From Entomortierella parvispora E1425 (lineage: Eukaryota; Fungi; Mortierellomycota): DNA of 64,000 nt. The stretch is from NCBI GenBank assembly GCA_020891255.1, contig BQFW01000012.1, positions 1,984,001-2,048,000 of the forward strand, given 5' to 3'. The translations under genes were made by a program, and so were the position numbers. Positions 51,651 through 64,000 of this stretch are shown here, one piece after another (the first letter of the stretch is position 1; the number at the start of each line of letters is the position of its first letter). The notes beneath the pieces were generated by a model. That model was not told the DNA's origin, ran no database searches, and worked only from the letters and a program-made list of their open reading frames with translations.

Positions 51651-54526
51651 ATGACTCAAGATGGTCCTGCCCCGCCAGGCATGCAACGCTTCCGGACGGG
51701 TGCCGTTATCAAAGACTTTGAGTTGATCGACTCGCACGTCCCTGGTGAAAAGAGTTTTGTATTCGTGGAGGATGTGCTGTACGCCTTCAATACCGAGGCT
51801 GCCCGTTTCGAGGCTGGCACCATGGCCCTGCCTTTCATGCGTGATCCAGGCTACCGCAAGTGAGTCATTGTCTCCCTCTTTTGTGTCCTGAGCATCCCTG
51901 AAGAAGAATGATCAGCCTTTGTTGCTAATCCACTATGGTGCTGTGTCTTTAGGTATGTCCCTGAACGAATCGCTTGCCGACCAGGCCTGATTATCGATAT
52001 CGTACAAAAGCCCACTGCAGCAGCGACAATGCCCGCAGTAGCTGCAGCAACTACGCCCCCATCAACTGTTACATCGCAGCCTTCAACAGTAACAACAGAG
52101 TCTCCATGTGCACCATCCCCTCCACCCTATTCCGAGTCTTCAACAGTCGTCGCTGAACAATCCATTCCTGAAGTAAGCGAATCTCTGGCTGATCCCCCAG
52201 CCTCTCACCATTCAAGTGGTGGAATCGCTCAGCCTCGGCCTTCAGAATCACCAGCACCTTCCGTCATTGAACAGATCGCAGAATCCAGGGAGAGCAATGC
52301 ATCTACCAACCTCCTGGATAATATACCTGAACATGCGATCTCGCAACTCTCCATCCAAGAGACAAGAACTTTACCGACAACTCCAAACGCCTTTGTTGAG
52401 ACCAACAACCAGGATGCCACAGAAGCCCTCTTCGAAGGCTATGTTCAGTCCAGACTAGTGCACTTGGTGGGGAACACGGACACCATGCTTCGACTGCAAC
52501 AAGAAACGCTGGACCGTTTGACGATAGTCCAAAACAAAGCAGAGGCAATCCTGACCCAGAACTTTGAATTGCTCGAGTACACCATCCCACGCCTCTTTGT
52601 GGTTCTTCCGGACACGACCTCCTCTCGATGGGATCCATCGAATATATTGGGAACAAAATTTCGCCTCCACTTCATCTGTGAATGTGGGGAGCACACCAGA
52701 ACGGCTACAAGCAGGATTCCTCACCACTTGCACCTGGCCAAACACGATGGGTACGAAATTCAGGAAGCGAACGCGTTCTTTTCCAAATACGCTGGATTCC
52801 TCACGACTATGCTCGAGATTCTGAAGTTTGGCCTCAACATCACTGGATTTGTAGTCCCAGCCTTGGCGACACTGAACCTTTCGCAAACTGGAGACGCCTC
52901 AGTCAGTTCACGGGATGGGAATGGCAAGAGCCTTGTGGAGGGAGTCGACCGATCGATTTCATTTTTGGAGCAGTTCAAGGCCAGTAATCCTAGCTCTTTG
53001 GCCACAGTCGGGGGCAGTGATGCTGTTTCGATCCCAGGTGGAAATGCAAGCGGCTTGGAAGGGCTCGAAGGAGTGGACTTGAGACAGCTCGCAAGGTATC
53101 TGAAGGTCGGGGACTCGGCGAACTTGCTAGGGAATTTATACCGCATGACCACAAAGGAGGGTCACGTTAAGTGGGTCTGTCGCGATCATTACCGAGCTGG
53201 ATACCAGGAAGCCAACTACCAAAAACTACACGAGATTGTCAAAGCAGCAGGTGGAATCTTTGATGAGCAACTGGGCAGGATCACAGTCACCATCAAGTCC
53301 GGTATTGCGGCGGCGCAACTCTACGATGCTATCGGAACCTCTCGTGGGATCCATGAACTTGTGTTTACGATGGCATGGGAGCAGGAAAATAGTGATCTCG
53401 TGAAGCTCAAGAACATGATCAAGAAATCTAGTATTGTAGCGCTGACATTGGATCTGCAACAAAAGGCCGGCTCTGGGTCCGATTTTAGTTTGACGGGAAA
53501 CAAGCGGTACGATCCTATTGTGACCATCATGCAACTTTCCTCCGTCACCGCCATTCACATCCTCAGCGGGCCCAAGGATTTTTTCCAGCGAGCCAACTTT
53601 TCAAAGTCGCAATACTATCCTGGTCTCCGGTCCATTCATATCGGAGACTATTTCAAGGGATGGGATACAATGACGCAGTTTCTCCGGCGAGCACCCAATA
53701 TCGAGCGAGTCACCCTCAAAGCATACGGAAACCAACTGTCATCCAGGCAGGTTTTACGGATATTTACCACAATTTCATGAGCTTGTATGGAGCTGATATC
53801 CAGCTGCTCAGCTTGGACAAGCATATGACCAACAACACTGCCATTGTTTTAGCGGAGGCGACACGTACGCGGTCAAGTTTGACTAAAATCTGCACTGAGG
53901 GTTTCGAGTTCAATGAGCAAGGAAGCCAAGCCATTGGGAAAATCATGATTCAGAGTCCTTTGGTGAGTGCGACCCTATCCATCCATCAAGAATATGACTT
54001 CAAGCCCATGTCATCATTACCCTTGGAGACACTCCGGTATCTTTACGTCGACAACCGTTTTTCGTCAAATCTACTGGGTTATGTCGAGAGCCTCATCGAC
54101 AGCATTGCGGCTCACTGCAAGAGTCGCAAGAAACCCATCTTGGATCGACTCTTGTATCGAGGTGTTGGCGTCAGTATGGATTCGTTTGTGAGGGTGGCTC
54201 ATCTCTTGGCCCAATTCCCCATGCTGTCGCGCATTGAACTGTATTGTGGGTTGACGCTGAAAGTCTGGTTAACTTGGGTGCCACTGTTACTTAAACGACC
54301 CAAGTTGCAGATGCTTTCTATCGGATTCGATTGGACGCCGGCTGCGGTGCAGGCGGTCCTGAACACTGTGCCGGCGAGACCGAACCTGAAATGTTTGGTC
54401 TTGAGGAAAGCGCCTTTGACGGCAAAACAAGTCGAGATGATGAGGGCAAGGGGTGTTCATTTGTGTACAGCAGGGTCCGTTATCATCGACGAAATGCCAC
54501 GAGACCCAGTTAGAAGAATACAATAA
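51651..54526 (+). pseudogene. Paralog of the LRR/COR-B-like gene, frameshifted in the LRR region (truncated gene or pseudogene)
   Basis: Same exon-1 domain and same intron position (CGCAA|GT). ORF 52029-53780 and ORF 53660-54526 are in different frames with no usable intron; both align by eye to the minus-strand paralog. Confidence 0.75.
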
Positions 54527-54616
54527 ACATAGACTGTGGACCTGTGAATATATGAAAATGGTGTGTATATTTCCATATTTTTTTTCTGCAAAGAAGAGAA
54601 CTGTGGGTTGAGTTGC

Positions 54617-55667
<1,051 letters not shown>

Positions 55668-55846
55668 GTTTTCTTGTGTGAGTGCGGAGAGAAAGAGCGA
55701 CGGTTGTTTCAGGAAGAGAGAGATGATAAAGGAAGTAACAAAGCCGTGCCCTCTGTGGCATCATTTTTTTTTTTTATTTTCTTCGGCGTGACCAACACGG
55801 AGTAGATCCAACACGACGACTAACAGGGGGCAGTAAACCCTGCCAT

Positions 55847-56350
55847 TTAGAGAGTTGTCAGCACCGCCGCTACGACTATAGACACAAGAGCCTGGACAAC
55901 CCACGCACCGCCAACAGAGGTGCCACCCCTTCCGTTTGTGGTTGGTTGAACTGCCACTACATTTGCACAAACGGCACCGCGCGTTACATTGTAGGCTGTT
56001 TGAAGTGCGCTCGCAAAAACTGTAGAGCAGTGTGTTGGATTTGTACAAGAGGAAAGCCATGCTTGAGACGAGGACAGGGAACAGAAACAACCCTTGAGTT
56101 CATCGGTATTGAGAGAATGGAGGTCTGAGAACGTCGAAGGGTTGAAGTCTTTGATGGATTCACATCCGGCCACAGACTTTACAGAGGAGGACAAACAGGC
56201 GAAACATCCATTTTCTGGGTCGGGTGAGTGGGTTGGTGTTGGTGCTGTGCTGGTTGGAGTTACGGAGGACTGAGCACAGATATGAAAGTTGGGATGTGAA
56301 AGAGTTATGAGGAGTACTAGGACTGCGGTGATGGTATACATGAAACGCAT
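55847..56350 (-). CDS. Secreted, probably GPI-anchored 8-Cys protein
   Basis: MRFMYT signal peptide, CFAC-x10-C..TDELKGCFC..W..C-x5-C..C, hydrophobic tail. Confidence 0.8.
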   Translation of the reverse strand: MRFMYTITAVLVLLITLSHPNFHICAQSSVTPTSTAPTPTHSPDPENGCFACLSSSVKSVAGCESIKDFNPSTFSDLHSLNTDELKGCFCSLSSSQAWLSSCTNPTHCSTVFASALQTAYNVTRGAVCANVVAVQPTTNGRGGTSVGGAWVVQALVSIVVAAVLTTL

Positions 56351-57377
56351 GGTTGAAGAAATGACTATGAGAAAGATATCGAGAGATGTGTCAAGACAAG
56401 GGAAGAGCACGGATGAACAGGTGAGAATGAGGATGTTTGCAATTGAAAGGGCAAACACCCTGTTCATTTATATACGCGTCGCAAATGATCGACCCTGAAA
56501 GAGCCCCGGTCTTTGGTCAGAGCATTGCTCAGAGTGGATAGCTTCTCCCCTTTGATTCACCCCCAAAATAAACGAATTCTAGGAAACAGCCTTTGAAAAG
56601 AAGAAAAGACTGAACCCGGCAACTGGTTGCGCCTCGTTTCGAACTGCATTGCCAGCTGCAGCCCAGATGGAGTCCCGGTCCAACCATTACAAATCGAGTA
56701 ATAATGGGCTGCTGGCTTCGAACTTCCGCCCAGTTTGCTCACGTTTCTTTGCCATTCTTCCCTGTAAAGATCACCCTCGTTTCGTCTTCATGTTGTTTCT
56801 TTCTCAGCGTTCCTTGGTGAGCGTGGCGTTCCTGGGTTTGTGGGCTGTGCCCTCTTAAATGCCCCCAAACTGAAAAAACCGCTATGATTTTTAAACCCGA
56901 CCTGAGAACCCTTGACAGTTTCAACAAACGAACGCCCTAACGGCAACAGCCCCTCGCCCCCGCTCGCTGAACACAGCATCTCCGCCGAATGACAACTGGA
57001 ACCTCTCTTTTTGTGATTCAGAGCTGGAACTTATTCTAGTTTTCAGCCTCATGCTATAGACAATCGCGGGTTCAGGCGTAGGAATTAGGCAACTGCCTAC
57101 TGGATGGAGGCGACGGTCGGCCGAACACGATTCTAACATTGCCTACTCACGATATCCGGCGCATGGGGCGAAGACTTCAAATGACAACAGAGTGACCTAC
57201 AGGAGTATAGTCAATTGATCCCTCTCGGCTCCCTTGAGTGAAAAAATACAAGGGGCGAATGCATTTGATGTACTCTTTTGAAAAGTATCTGGTATCTTTA
57301 TTATTCTGTGAGCATGGCAGCATGTGAATGCCAGGCAGAAAGAAAAAGTATGTATTATATATATTATTTTTTTTCCC

Positions 57378-57896
57378 TTACAGGAAGCTGGCACCAACAG
57401 CGGCAACGACAGCGATGGCACCCGTGACCTCTGTTGTCCAAGGCAAGTAGCTGACAGCGCCTGCATTACCCTTTCCACCAGCTCCAGAACCAGAACCGGC
57501 GGCGCCTGTAGCAGAAGGCTCGGGAATCGGTGGGATAACCGAGCCAGTGGGCACAGGCACGAAAGTAGGCGTGGTTCCGTTGCAGTTCAGGCCTATTTGT
57601 CCCTCCATCTCCTGAGCATAGGCCTGCTTGAATCCGTCGATGTCGGAGCCGCAAGTCTTTGTGCAGGCGTCGATCCAGGTGCCGTTGATGGACGAACAAA
57701 GGCAGGCAGCGTACTGAGGGGTGATGGAGGGGTTCACTTCGCCCATGGTGATGTTAAGTCCTGTGCAGGCTGGCAAGGCCATGAGACTGTCCTGAAGACA
57801 GGTCTGGCAAGCGCCACCCTCTGTTGAGTTGGTCTGAGCAGAAACGGAAAGGGCCAAGACGGCGGTGGCCAAAGCGACGGTGGGAGTGAACTTCAT
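57378..57896 (-). CDS. Secreted, probably GPI-anchored 8-Cys protein
   Basis: MKFTPT signal peptide, CQTC-x10-C..YAACLC..WIDAC-x3-C..C, Gly/Ser spacer, hydrophobic tail. Confidence 0.85.
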   Translation of the reverse strand: MKFTPTVALATAVLALSVSAQTNSTEGGACQTCLQDSLMALPACTGLNITMGEVNPSITPQYAACLCSSINGTWIDACTKTCGSDIDGFKQAYAQEMEGQIGLNCNGTTPTFVPVPTGSVIPPIPEPSATGAAGSGSGAGGKGNAGAVSYLPWTTEVTGAIAVVAAVGASFL

Positions 57897-58959
57897 GGTG
57901 GATGAAGTTGGTTTTTGGTAAGGAGGAATGAGTCGGTGAAAAGAGCGAGAAAAGAGGAGAAGGGAATGAGGTTGAATGAATGAATGAAAAGAGGGATGCA
58001 AAGATGCCGAGGAAGGAATCAATATTTCTTTTTGACCTTCTCCACATCGCACAGATTATCCGACCCGGCCAAAGATACTGCATACCATGACCGAGGGGGA
58101 ACGATCTTCTTTGTCGATGGTTCACTGGTGCATTCTTCTCTCTTCCCACATATGAACAAAAGCGGAAACGGCGTGGTGCTCTCACTTGGCAGCAAGGTAC
58201 CTGGTTCTCTTCCTCCACGGATCATATTTCCACCCCCCAAGAGAAGGAAGGGCTCTGGCCAATTGAGAGGCATGTGCCAGGCACCCCTCACAGCCCTCGT
58301 CTTTTGAGCGTTGCTTGCAGTGGTCCTTCCAACCTTACTTCTAGGCTTGTATTTCCCGAAGAGTACCTTTGAAAGTCAAGACCGACCGGACACCAGCGGT
58401 CCAAAGGCAAGGTCCGTCCAAGAAACACCCGCTGGAGGGTGGTATCAACAAATGATATACAAAAAAAAAAAGCCCCTGAAGGCCGTTGCGTGCATGGTTA
58501 CTTGGCACGGATCCTTTCTCCACACTAATTTCCACTTTTTTTTTGATGTGCATCTCCCCCCGTGGGGTGCTTGCACCCTTTCAAAATGACAAACTGACAA
58601 GAGGAGGGCGAAGCGTCCAAAAACAAAAAGAACCCCGGCAGAGGATTTGCGATGGGAATGTAAAAGGTTTGAAATATTTCTTCCGTTCGGTTGGCTCAGA
58701 AACCTGTTTTGGACCCTGGTTCTCCTCTTCGCAATCGAGAGGAAAACTCTGGTTGTTGTGTCGCACCTTCTTCCTTCTTTCTACGCGTGCACGTCGCGCC
58801 ACCAGCGTATGTCTCTATGTACACTCTAGTCACTAAGCTAAAAGGCACGTTTATAGGACACCATCGCAGCTTCGATGTCCAAGTGGGGTCAGAGGATGAG
58901 CGAGGAACTAAAAAAGGGGGAGGTTTTTTTATTCATTGTCGTCGCCTCTCTCTATTTCC

Positions 58960-59322
58960 TTAAACAGAGGTAGGGGTTGGGGCAGCGGAAGGGTTGAACG
59001 TAGGCTGGGCACCGCAGATCAATCCGGCGCTCTGGATGTTGCTGCTGTAGGCCGACTGGAAAGAGTTGATATCAGAACCGCAAGCCGTGACATCCGTGCA
59101 TTGCGAGATCCAGGCGCCATCCAAGGATGAGCAGAGGCAAGCGGCGTAGGCAGTGCTCTCGCCGGGGTTGAAGGCACCGATCGTGACGTTCAATCCTTGG
59201 CAGAGAGGAAGAGACTGGATCGATTGTTGAAGGCAGGCTGAGCAGGGATCGGCGCTCTGTTGACCAGCAACAAAGGACAGGGCGACAGCGGCAAGAACGG
59301 CAAGCGAGGTGAAAGTCTTCAT
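58960..59322 (-). CDS. Small secreted 8-Cys protein without GPI tail (120 aa)
   Basis: MKTFTS signal peptide, CSAC-x10-C..YAACLC..WISQC..CGSD..C; stop directly after PTPTSV. Confidence 0.85.
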   Translation of the reverse strand: MKTFTSLAVLAAVALSFVAGQQSADPCSACLQQSIQSLPLCQGLNVTIGAFNPGESTAYAACLCSSLDGAWISQCTDVTACGSDINSFQSAYSSNIQSAGLICGAQPTFNPSAAPTPTSV

Positions 59323-60815
59323 GGCTGTATGATGTTGTGCGTCTAGAAACGGAACAGGGTATATGGTGAGAGGTGAAAGAGGAGGGGACAAGAGAAAGGA
59401 ACAGGTCAGAAAGAGAAGAGAGAAAGTAGACAGCCACGCCAACCGGTTCAGCTTTATAGTCGTCATGATCGCGAAAGAGAAAGATGCTCTTCTCCTTGCG
59501 GTAACCGACAATCGAGAGACCCCCATGCAACTGAGTGCGTGTATGCCTTGTTAGCGCCGTTGCTGTTTGTTTTTGTCATTTTATAATGGATCATCCTGGT
59601 TCCTGGCGGTAAGAACTATAAGTGACCACCATAGCTCGTTAGCTTGACTTTTTCCCTTCGGCTGAGAGAGAAACGCGAGAAAGAACGAAGTTGGTCAGGG
59701 TCCAGACTTGACGAGATCATTGGACGATGAGAGCAAAAGCACTGTTCTCCCTTGTGGTGATGGCAAGTAAAATGACCCCGAACACAGACGTGCCTTCGTC
59801 CTCTCCACTCTACCGCAGAGGTTCGGGCACCCTTGTGTCATTCTCTTTGACCTTTCTTAGGCCGTTTTCATCATCAGGCCACACCTATCCTCAACACATT
59901 CTGTACGCCCATAATATTCAATTCAAATAGACTATTAACTTGTGGTCTTGGAGAGGAGCTCGAAATGATGCTCTCTGAAGGTTGTCCCTGTGAGAAGCAC
60001 ACATTTGCTCCACGCTTTGTCTTTGTCATTTGTTTGTGGAATGTTTTGATTTACAGGGACCGTTGAGCAACATGTTTTCACGTTTCCTCGCCCGATGGAA
60101 AAAAAAGGTTCAAGGGGTAGGGAGGCAAGCTATCTGACAAGGCGCGATCATAAAAAACAAAACAATCATGCAAGGGGAAAGTTGCGACTGGGGGTGCGTA
60201 GAAGTTCTTTCACCCTACATCCATCCAACATACAGGTAGATCAATTGAATTGAAACTTCGGCTCATAACGACAGTCTTTCGAAGGAAACCTTTCACATGC
60301 GTCCGTTAGTGAATGATGAGAGACAACAGCTGCGCTTGGGTCGACTCCCACGGCACTGAAAAACACCCACGGTTCTTGGGACACTTGTTCGGCAATTGGT
60401 CAAGAAGGATACCTTATCGAGTTGAAGCTCAAGATTTTTTCACTGGAGAAAAGAGCAAATGGACGACCAGGACGCGGTCATGCTCTCGTGCAGCGCGCTT
60501 TGAATGGGGATCCACTTTCTGGCGCGTTTTCAGAAAGATCGAGCCAATAGTAACTAATTACCAGACCGGCGTGCATGCAGAAAATAGTGTCCAAGGAAAA
60601 GGACCCTCTTTTCGTCGTGTTTTAGCGTGCTCTTTTTTTTTCCTGGTGATATGTTCTCATCGGACCTTTTACCATTATTGAACTGCTTGGGCAACTGTTT
60701 AATCTTTCTTTCCGGGGTACCAGGATGTTACATAATACGCCCCTTTTTCAATTGGAAGAGTCTGATAAGGATCCATAGTTCCTAGTTCCCAACGACTAGC
60801 AAAAAAAAAGGTCCC

Positions 60816-61598
60816 TTAAAGTGCGGAAAGGCCCGACTTTTGTGGTACTTGTACTTTCTTGCTTCGGATAGTCGTGTCAGGTAGGCGGCTCATCTTGGGG
60901 ACTGTGACAAACATTGAAGTTTTGGTCGTTGTTGTTATTGTAACTGTTGTTGTGGGTGCTGCTGCTGCTGTTGTTGTTGTTGTTGTTCCTGTTGCTGTTG
61001 CAGTGGTCACAGAAGCCACTGTTGTGGTACTCCCAGGTCCAAATACAGGGACAGCTCCATCGCAACCCATCAATCGGCTGAGGACCGCCAGTGTCCTGAT
61101 CTGAGCCATGACCATGGATACGGAACACAGGTTATCACAAGGATCCACCCATCCTCTTGTCCTCAAAGCACCCCTTTCAATCCGCTGTTCGACTTGTGTG
61201 GTGATTGCTGTCGTGATTGAAGTTGCATTCGCAATGCAAAGACATTGCACCGCCATGGGATAAAGGTTCTTGAACGCTTGGATCTTGACGGGGTCTGTTT
61301 CTGTTTCCGGAAACGCTGGAGCTGTCGCCGCGATACTGCAGGCTGGGATCGTGAGCATCCCTTGAGCCAAACACTGTTGACAAAGGTTTGATAGTCCCTG
61401 GTCTTCTGCCACAGAACGTCGAGATATCAATGGCTTGGTCAAGGCCTCAGTGGTGAAGCAGAGGGGGAATGCACTGGGACATTCCACAGGTGCTGCATCG
61501 GTCACCGCAAAAGAGTTTTGGAGTGTGGCAGCGAGGCAAACGAATCCAAAGATCGCCCACAAGACTTGGATCACAGATTCGTTCCTTGGTCGAGTCAT
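60816..61598 (-). CDS. Secreted 8-Cys family protein with insertions and Thr-rich stalk
   Basis: Signal-like N-terminus, CQQC-x10-C..CLC..WVDPC-x3-C..C, poly-Thr, basic C-terminus. Confidence 0.75.
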   Translation of the reverse strand: MTRPRNESVIQVLWAIFGFVCLAATLQNSFAVTDAAPVECPSAFPLCFTTEALTKPLISRRSVAEDQGLSNLCQQCLAQGMLTIPACSIAATAPAFPETETDPVKIQAFKNLYPMAVQCLCIANATSITTAITTQVEQRIERGALRTRGWVDPCDNLCSVSMVMAQIRTLAVLSRLMGCDGAVPVFGPGSTTTVASVTTATATGTTTTTTAAAAPTTTVTITTTTKTSMFVTVPKMSRLPDTTIRSKKVQVPQKSGLSAL

Positions 61599-62525
61599 GG
61601 AGAGGATAAAACAAAAAGTGGGGGGGGGGGGTTGGAAGCAACAGACTGTAACTACCAGTTGGCGAATTATATAGCCCTTGGGGGCGGATAGTTAAAAGCG
61701 CCTGCGATGATTGAGATTGTTATGGACAATGAAGGGAGGCGAGAGAGCTCGAAGTTGGAATAAAATGAGTGTGGAGCAATTGAATATCAGTTTGCATGGA
61801 GAGAGGGAGAGGGAGAGGCTGGACCAACGCAGAACAATTGATATAGGCCATGTCGCAACAAAGGGTACAGAAATCGCCCCCGAAAAGTGCACGTTTACTT
61901 AAGATGGGCCCACATGTCATTTGAAACGTCGGGCCGAGTTCAATAGACAAAGATCAAAGAGCGTGGCTGGTCGGCAGCTTAAGCTTTAAAGCTTCTCGAC
62001 TGAAGTCGTTTGAGTCCATTTTTTTTTCATTTATTTGTCAAAGCGTGTTGGATAACTTTTTAAGTGGCGTTTCGCATGATATTCGAAGGACGAAGAAAGG
62101 GGCATTGAGAGTATGTAAGATATTTCTTGAGGAAATGAAAAAGGGCATTAGATAAGACGAAGAATGGGCCAGAGAAGATGGAGACCAAATGACGAGTAGG
62201 GTGAAGGGGAGAGGGGGCTAGTGGAAATAAAGTGGCACTCTCTATCTATTGCGCGATGAACAAGGGGATTATGGTGGAGGGGGATGAAGGTATCATGGCA
62301 GCTCATGAGCTTTAGTAGCCAGAAAGTGGACGGTACGAAACCAAAGGAGAATGATGCGAAGAAATGAAAAGGAAGGCGCGAACGGGGATGGAGAGACAGA
62401 ATAGAACAGGAAAGAGAGATTGATGTTAATCGCAGTGTTTTTTTGCTTGTCAGCGCTGTCATTGTCCTCCCTCTGCCTCACTCCTCTCGCATCGATCCCT
62501 CGATTGGGGGTGCCCGTCCAACAAT

Positions 62526-64000
62526 TTAACCAATAGTGCTTCGTGCTGCTTCATCATACAATGCTTCATACTCTGATCCGCCGGTATGTTGGACCTGCAA
62601 CCGCTGCAAAGGAGGAGAGGTTCCAAGGCGGCCACCATTTTGATGCTGGTGGCCCATCATGCCGTTGCCGTTGCCGTTGCTCCGTGCTGCAATGGGCGAT
62701 GACTGTTGACCAGCTGCAGGCGGGGCATCGTGAGGGAAACGAACGCGAATGCTCTCGAACATTTGAACAATCTTGGCCTCGTTTCCGTTGAAGATGTCCT
62801 TGACCGTGTATCCGTCTGTAGAAACTCCGACGCGTTCCATGAACTTGAAGGCAGTCAACAAGTTCTCGAGCATTTGAAGGGTATACGTGGCATTAGGGAT
62901 CCTCTTGTCAACCTGTTCGCCAGACAGGGTCTCGATCAGTCGCACGAGAACAACACCAGAGCGAAGAGACTGGGTCATGTCGCTCACAGGGCCGACTGAA
63001 TCGGGTAGGTTGCGGTTCATCCAACGGACCCACTGCTCGTGAGTCCAAGGGCCGGCTCCGCCACCATTGTGGTTCGATTGCTCATCTCCGTGCTGATGGA
63101 AAGAGTCGAGTTCGCTATCTGGCCGGAAAGACTTGCCACTGTTGTTGTGTTGTTGCTGATGGTGTTGTTGCTTCTGAGCTCCATAGCTCTCACCATCCTC
63201 ATCCCTCCAAGGATCGTCATCATTTCCATGGCCGTTTCCTCCATCAGAGTTGATAAGGCTGTGTCGCTGCTGAGAAGGTTGGACGTTCAAGTGTTGAAGG
63301 ACAGGACTTTCAGGAAGGTTTCCGTTCTGGTTATGGTAGCTTCCGTTCATTCCGTTCGTGTGGTGGTTGTTGCCATGGTTTCCATTTTGAGGCCCCTGGC
63401 GTCCATACTCGTTTTGGAGATACTCCTCTCCTTCTGAATCCTGGTCGTCATAGTCCAGAAGCTGCTGCTGTTGTTGTTGTTGTTGTTGCTGTTGCTGTTG
63501 TTGATGCTGTTGCTGTTGTGGTGGCGGCTGCTGTCTCTGGTGCTGTTGCTGCTGCTGATACTTTTGGTCGTATTGCTGCTGTTGTTGTTGCTGTTGAGGA
63601 TGCATGGGCTGTCCGTTTGGCCCCAAACCACGGTTTCTCCTGGAAGGCGAAGGAGGACGAGGAGCCATCCGTCTAGCGACGTGAAGGGGAATCGTAGGGA
63701 TATTGCTTGAGGAAATAACAGGAGCCGAGGGGTCACGACCAATTGTGACCTTCATAAGTGCCTTCAACCATCCCTTCATGTCGTGTTCGCTTTCAGTGTA
63801 GAAGTAAAAGTTTCGAAGGTCCTCATGCACCGCCTTGAAGCAGTACTTGCCAGCATAGATGTTCTCATCTTGGATAATCTTGTAGCCCACCAAATTGATG
63901 TAATCTTTGCTGGCGTTCTCCTTGGGTGAGTTCATGTAGTAGAGCGTGACACCCTTGAGCATAAACCAGCGGCTCTTCCAAGTCCGGTAAGTGTCACCTC
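62526..64000 (-). CDS. PH domain + polyQ + calponin-homology domain protein (Boi/CNK-like PH); 5-prime part outside the window
   Basis: WKSRWFMLKGVTLYY..YCFK..FYFY..MKGWLKALMK (PH); WVRWMN..LRSGVVLVRLIE..ENL..AFKFM..DIFNGN (CH). Confidence 0.85.
   Translation of the reverse strand, partial: GDTYRTWKSRWFMLKGVTLYYMNSPKENASKDYINLVGYKIIQDENIYAGKYCFKAVHEDLRNFYFYTESEHDMKGWLKALMKVTIGRDPSAPVISSSNIPTIPLHVARRMAPRPPSPSRRNRGLGPNGQPMHPQQQQQQQQYDQKYQQQQQHQRQQPPPQQQQHQQQQQQQQQQQQQQLLDYDDQDSEGEEYLQNEYGRQGPQNGNHGNNHHTNGMNGSYHNQNGNLPESPVLQHLNVQPSQQRHSLINSDGGNGHGNDDDPWRDEDGESYGAQKQQHHQQQHNNSGKSFRPDSELDSFHQHGDEQSNHNGGGAGPWTHEQWVRWMNRNLPDSVGPVSDMTQSLRSGVVLVRLIETLSGEQVDKRIPNATYTLQMLENLLTAFKFMERVGVSTDGYTVKDIFNGNEAKIVQMFESIRVRFPHDAPPAAGQQSSPIAARSNGNGNGMMGHQHQNGGRLGTSPPLQRLQVQHTGGSEYEALYDEAARSTIG

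Noticed and set aside
60313-60681. 122-aa ORF in the 8-Cys gene cluster
   Set aside because: No signal peptide, motif or family resemblance; likely a chance intergenic ORF.

Overview
Intron-rich fungal genomic DNA. Gene content and one lineage-typical LRR family suggest Mortierellomycotina (Mortierellaceae); this is an inference. About 25 host genes were reconstructed by reading GT-AG introns across the ORF track: FOX2/MFE-2, a KDM5-type demethylase, a BTB protein, a winged-helix+PP2C protein, two SDRs, eIF4E2, COX4, an M16C peptidase, HIS5, a WD40 protein, AMMECR1, a partial PH+CH protein, a head-to-head pair of LRR genes and six members of an 8-cysteine surface-protein family. There is also one tRNA-Glu(TTC). 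The main accessory feature is a 9.6-kb Mutator (MULE) transposon at 22355-31962, bounded by 50-bp TIRs and a perfect 9-bp TSD. It carries an apparent Ulp1 protease-FAR1-DDE-SWIM fusion gene, a divergent zinc-finger/coiled-coil cargo gene, and between them a 3.2-kb array of ~281-bp repeats with higher-order structure. This parts list resembles plant VANDAL anti-silencing MULEs (hypothesis). Exon boundaries and domain names come from manual reading and recalled family motifs; no searches were run.
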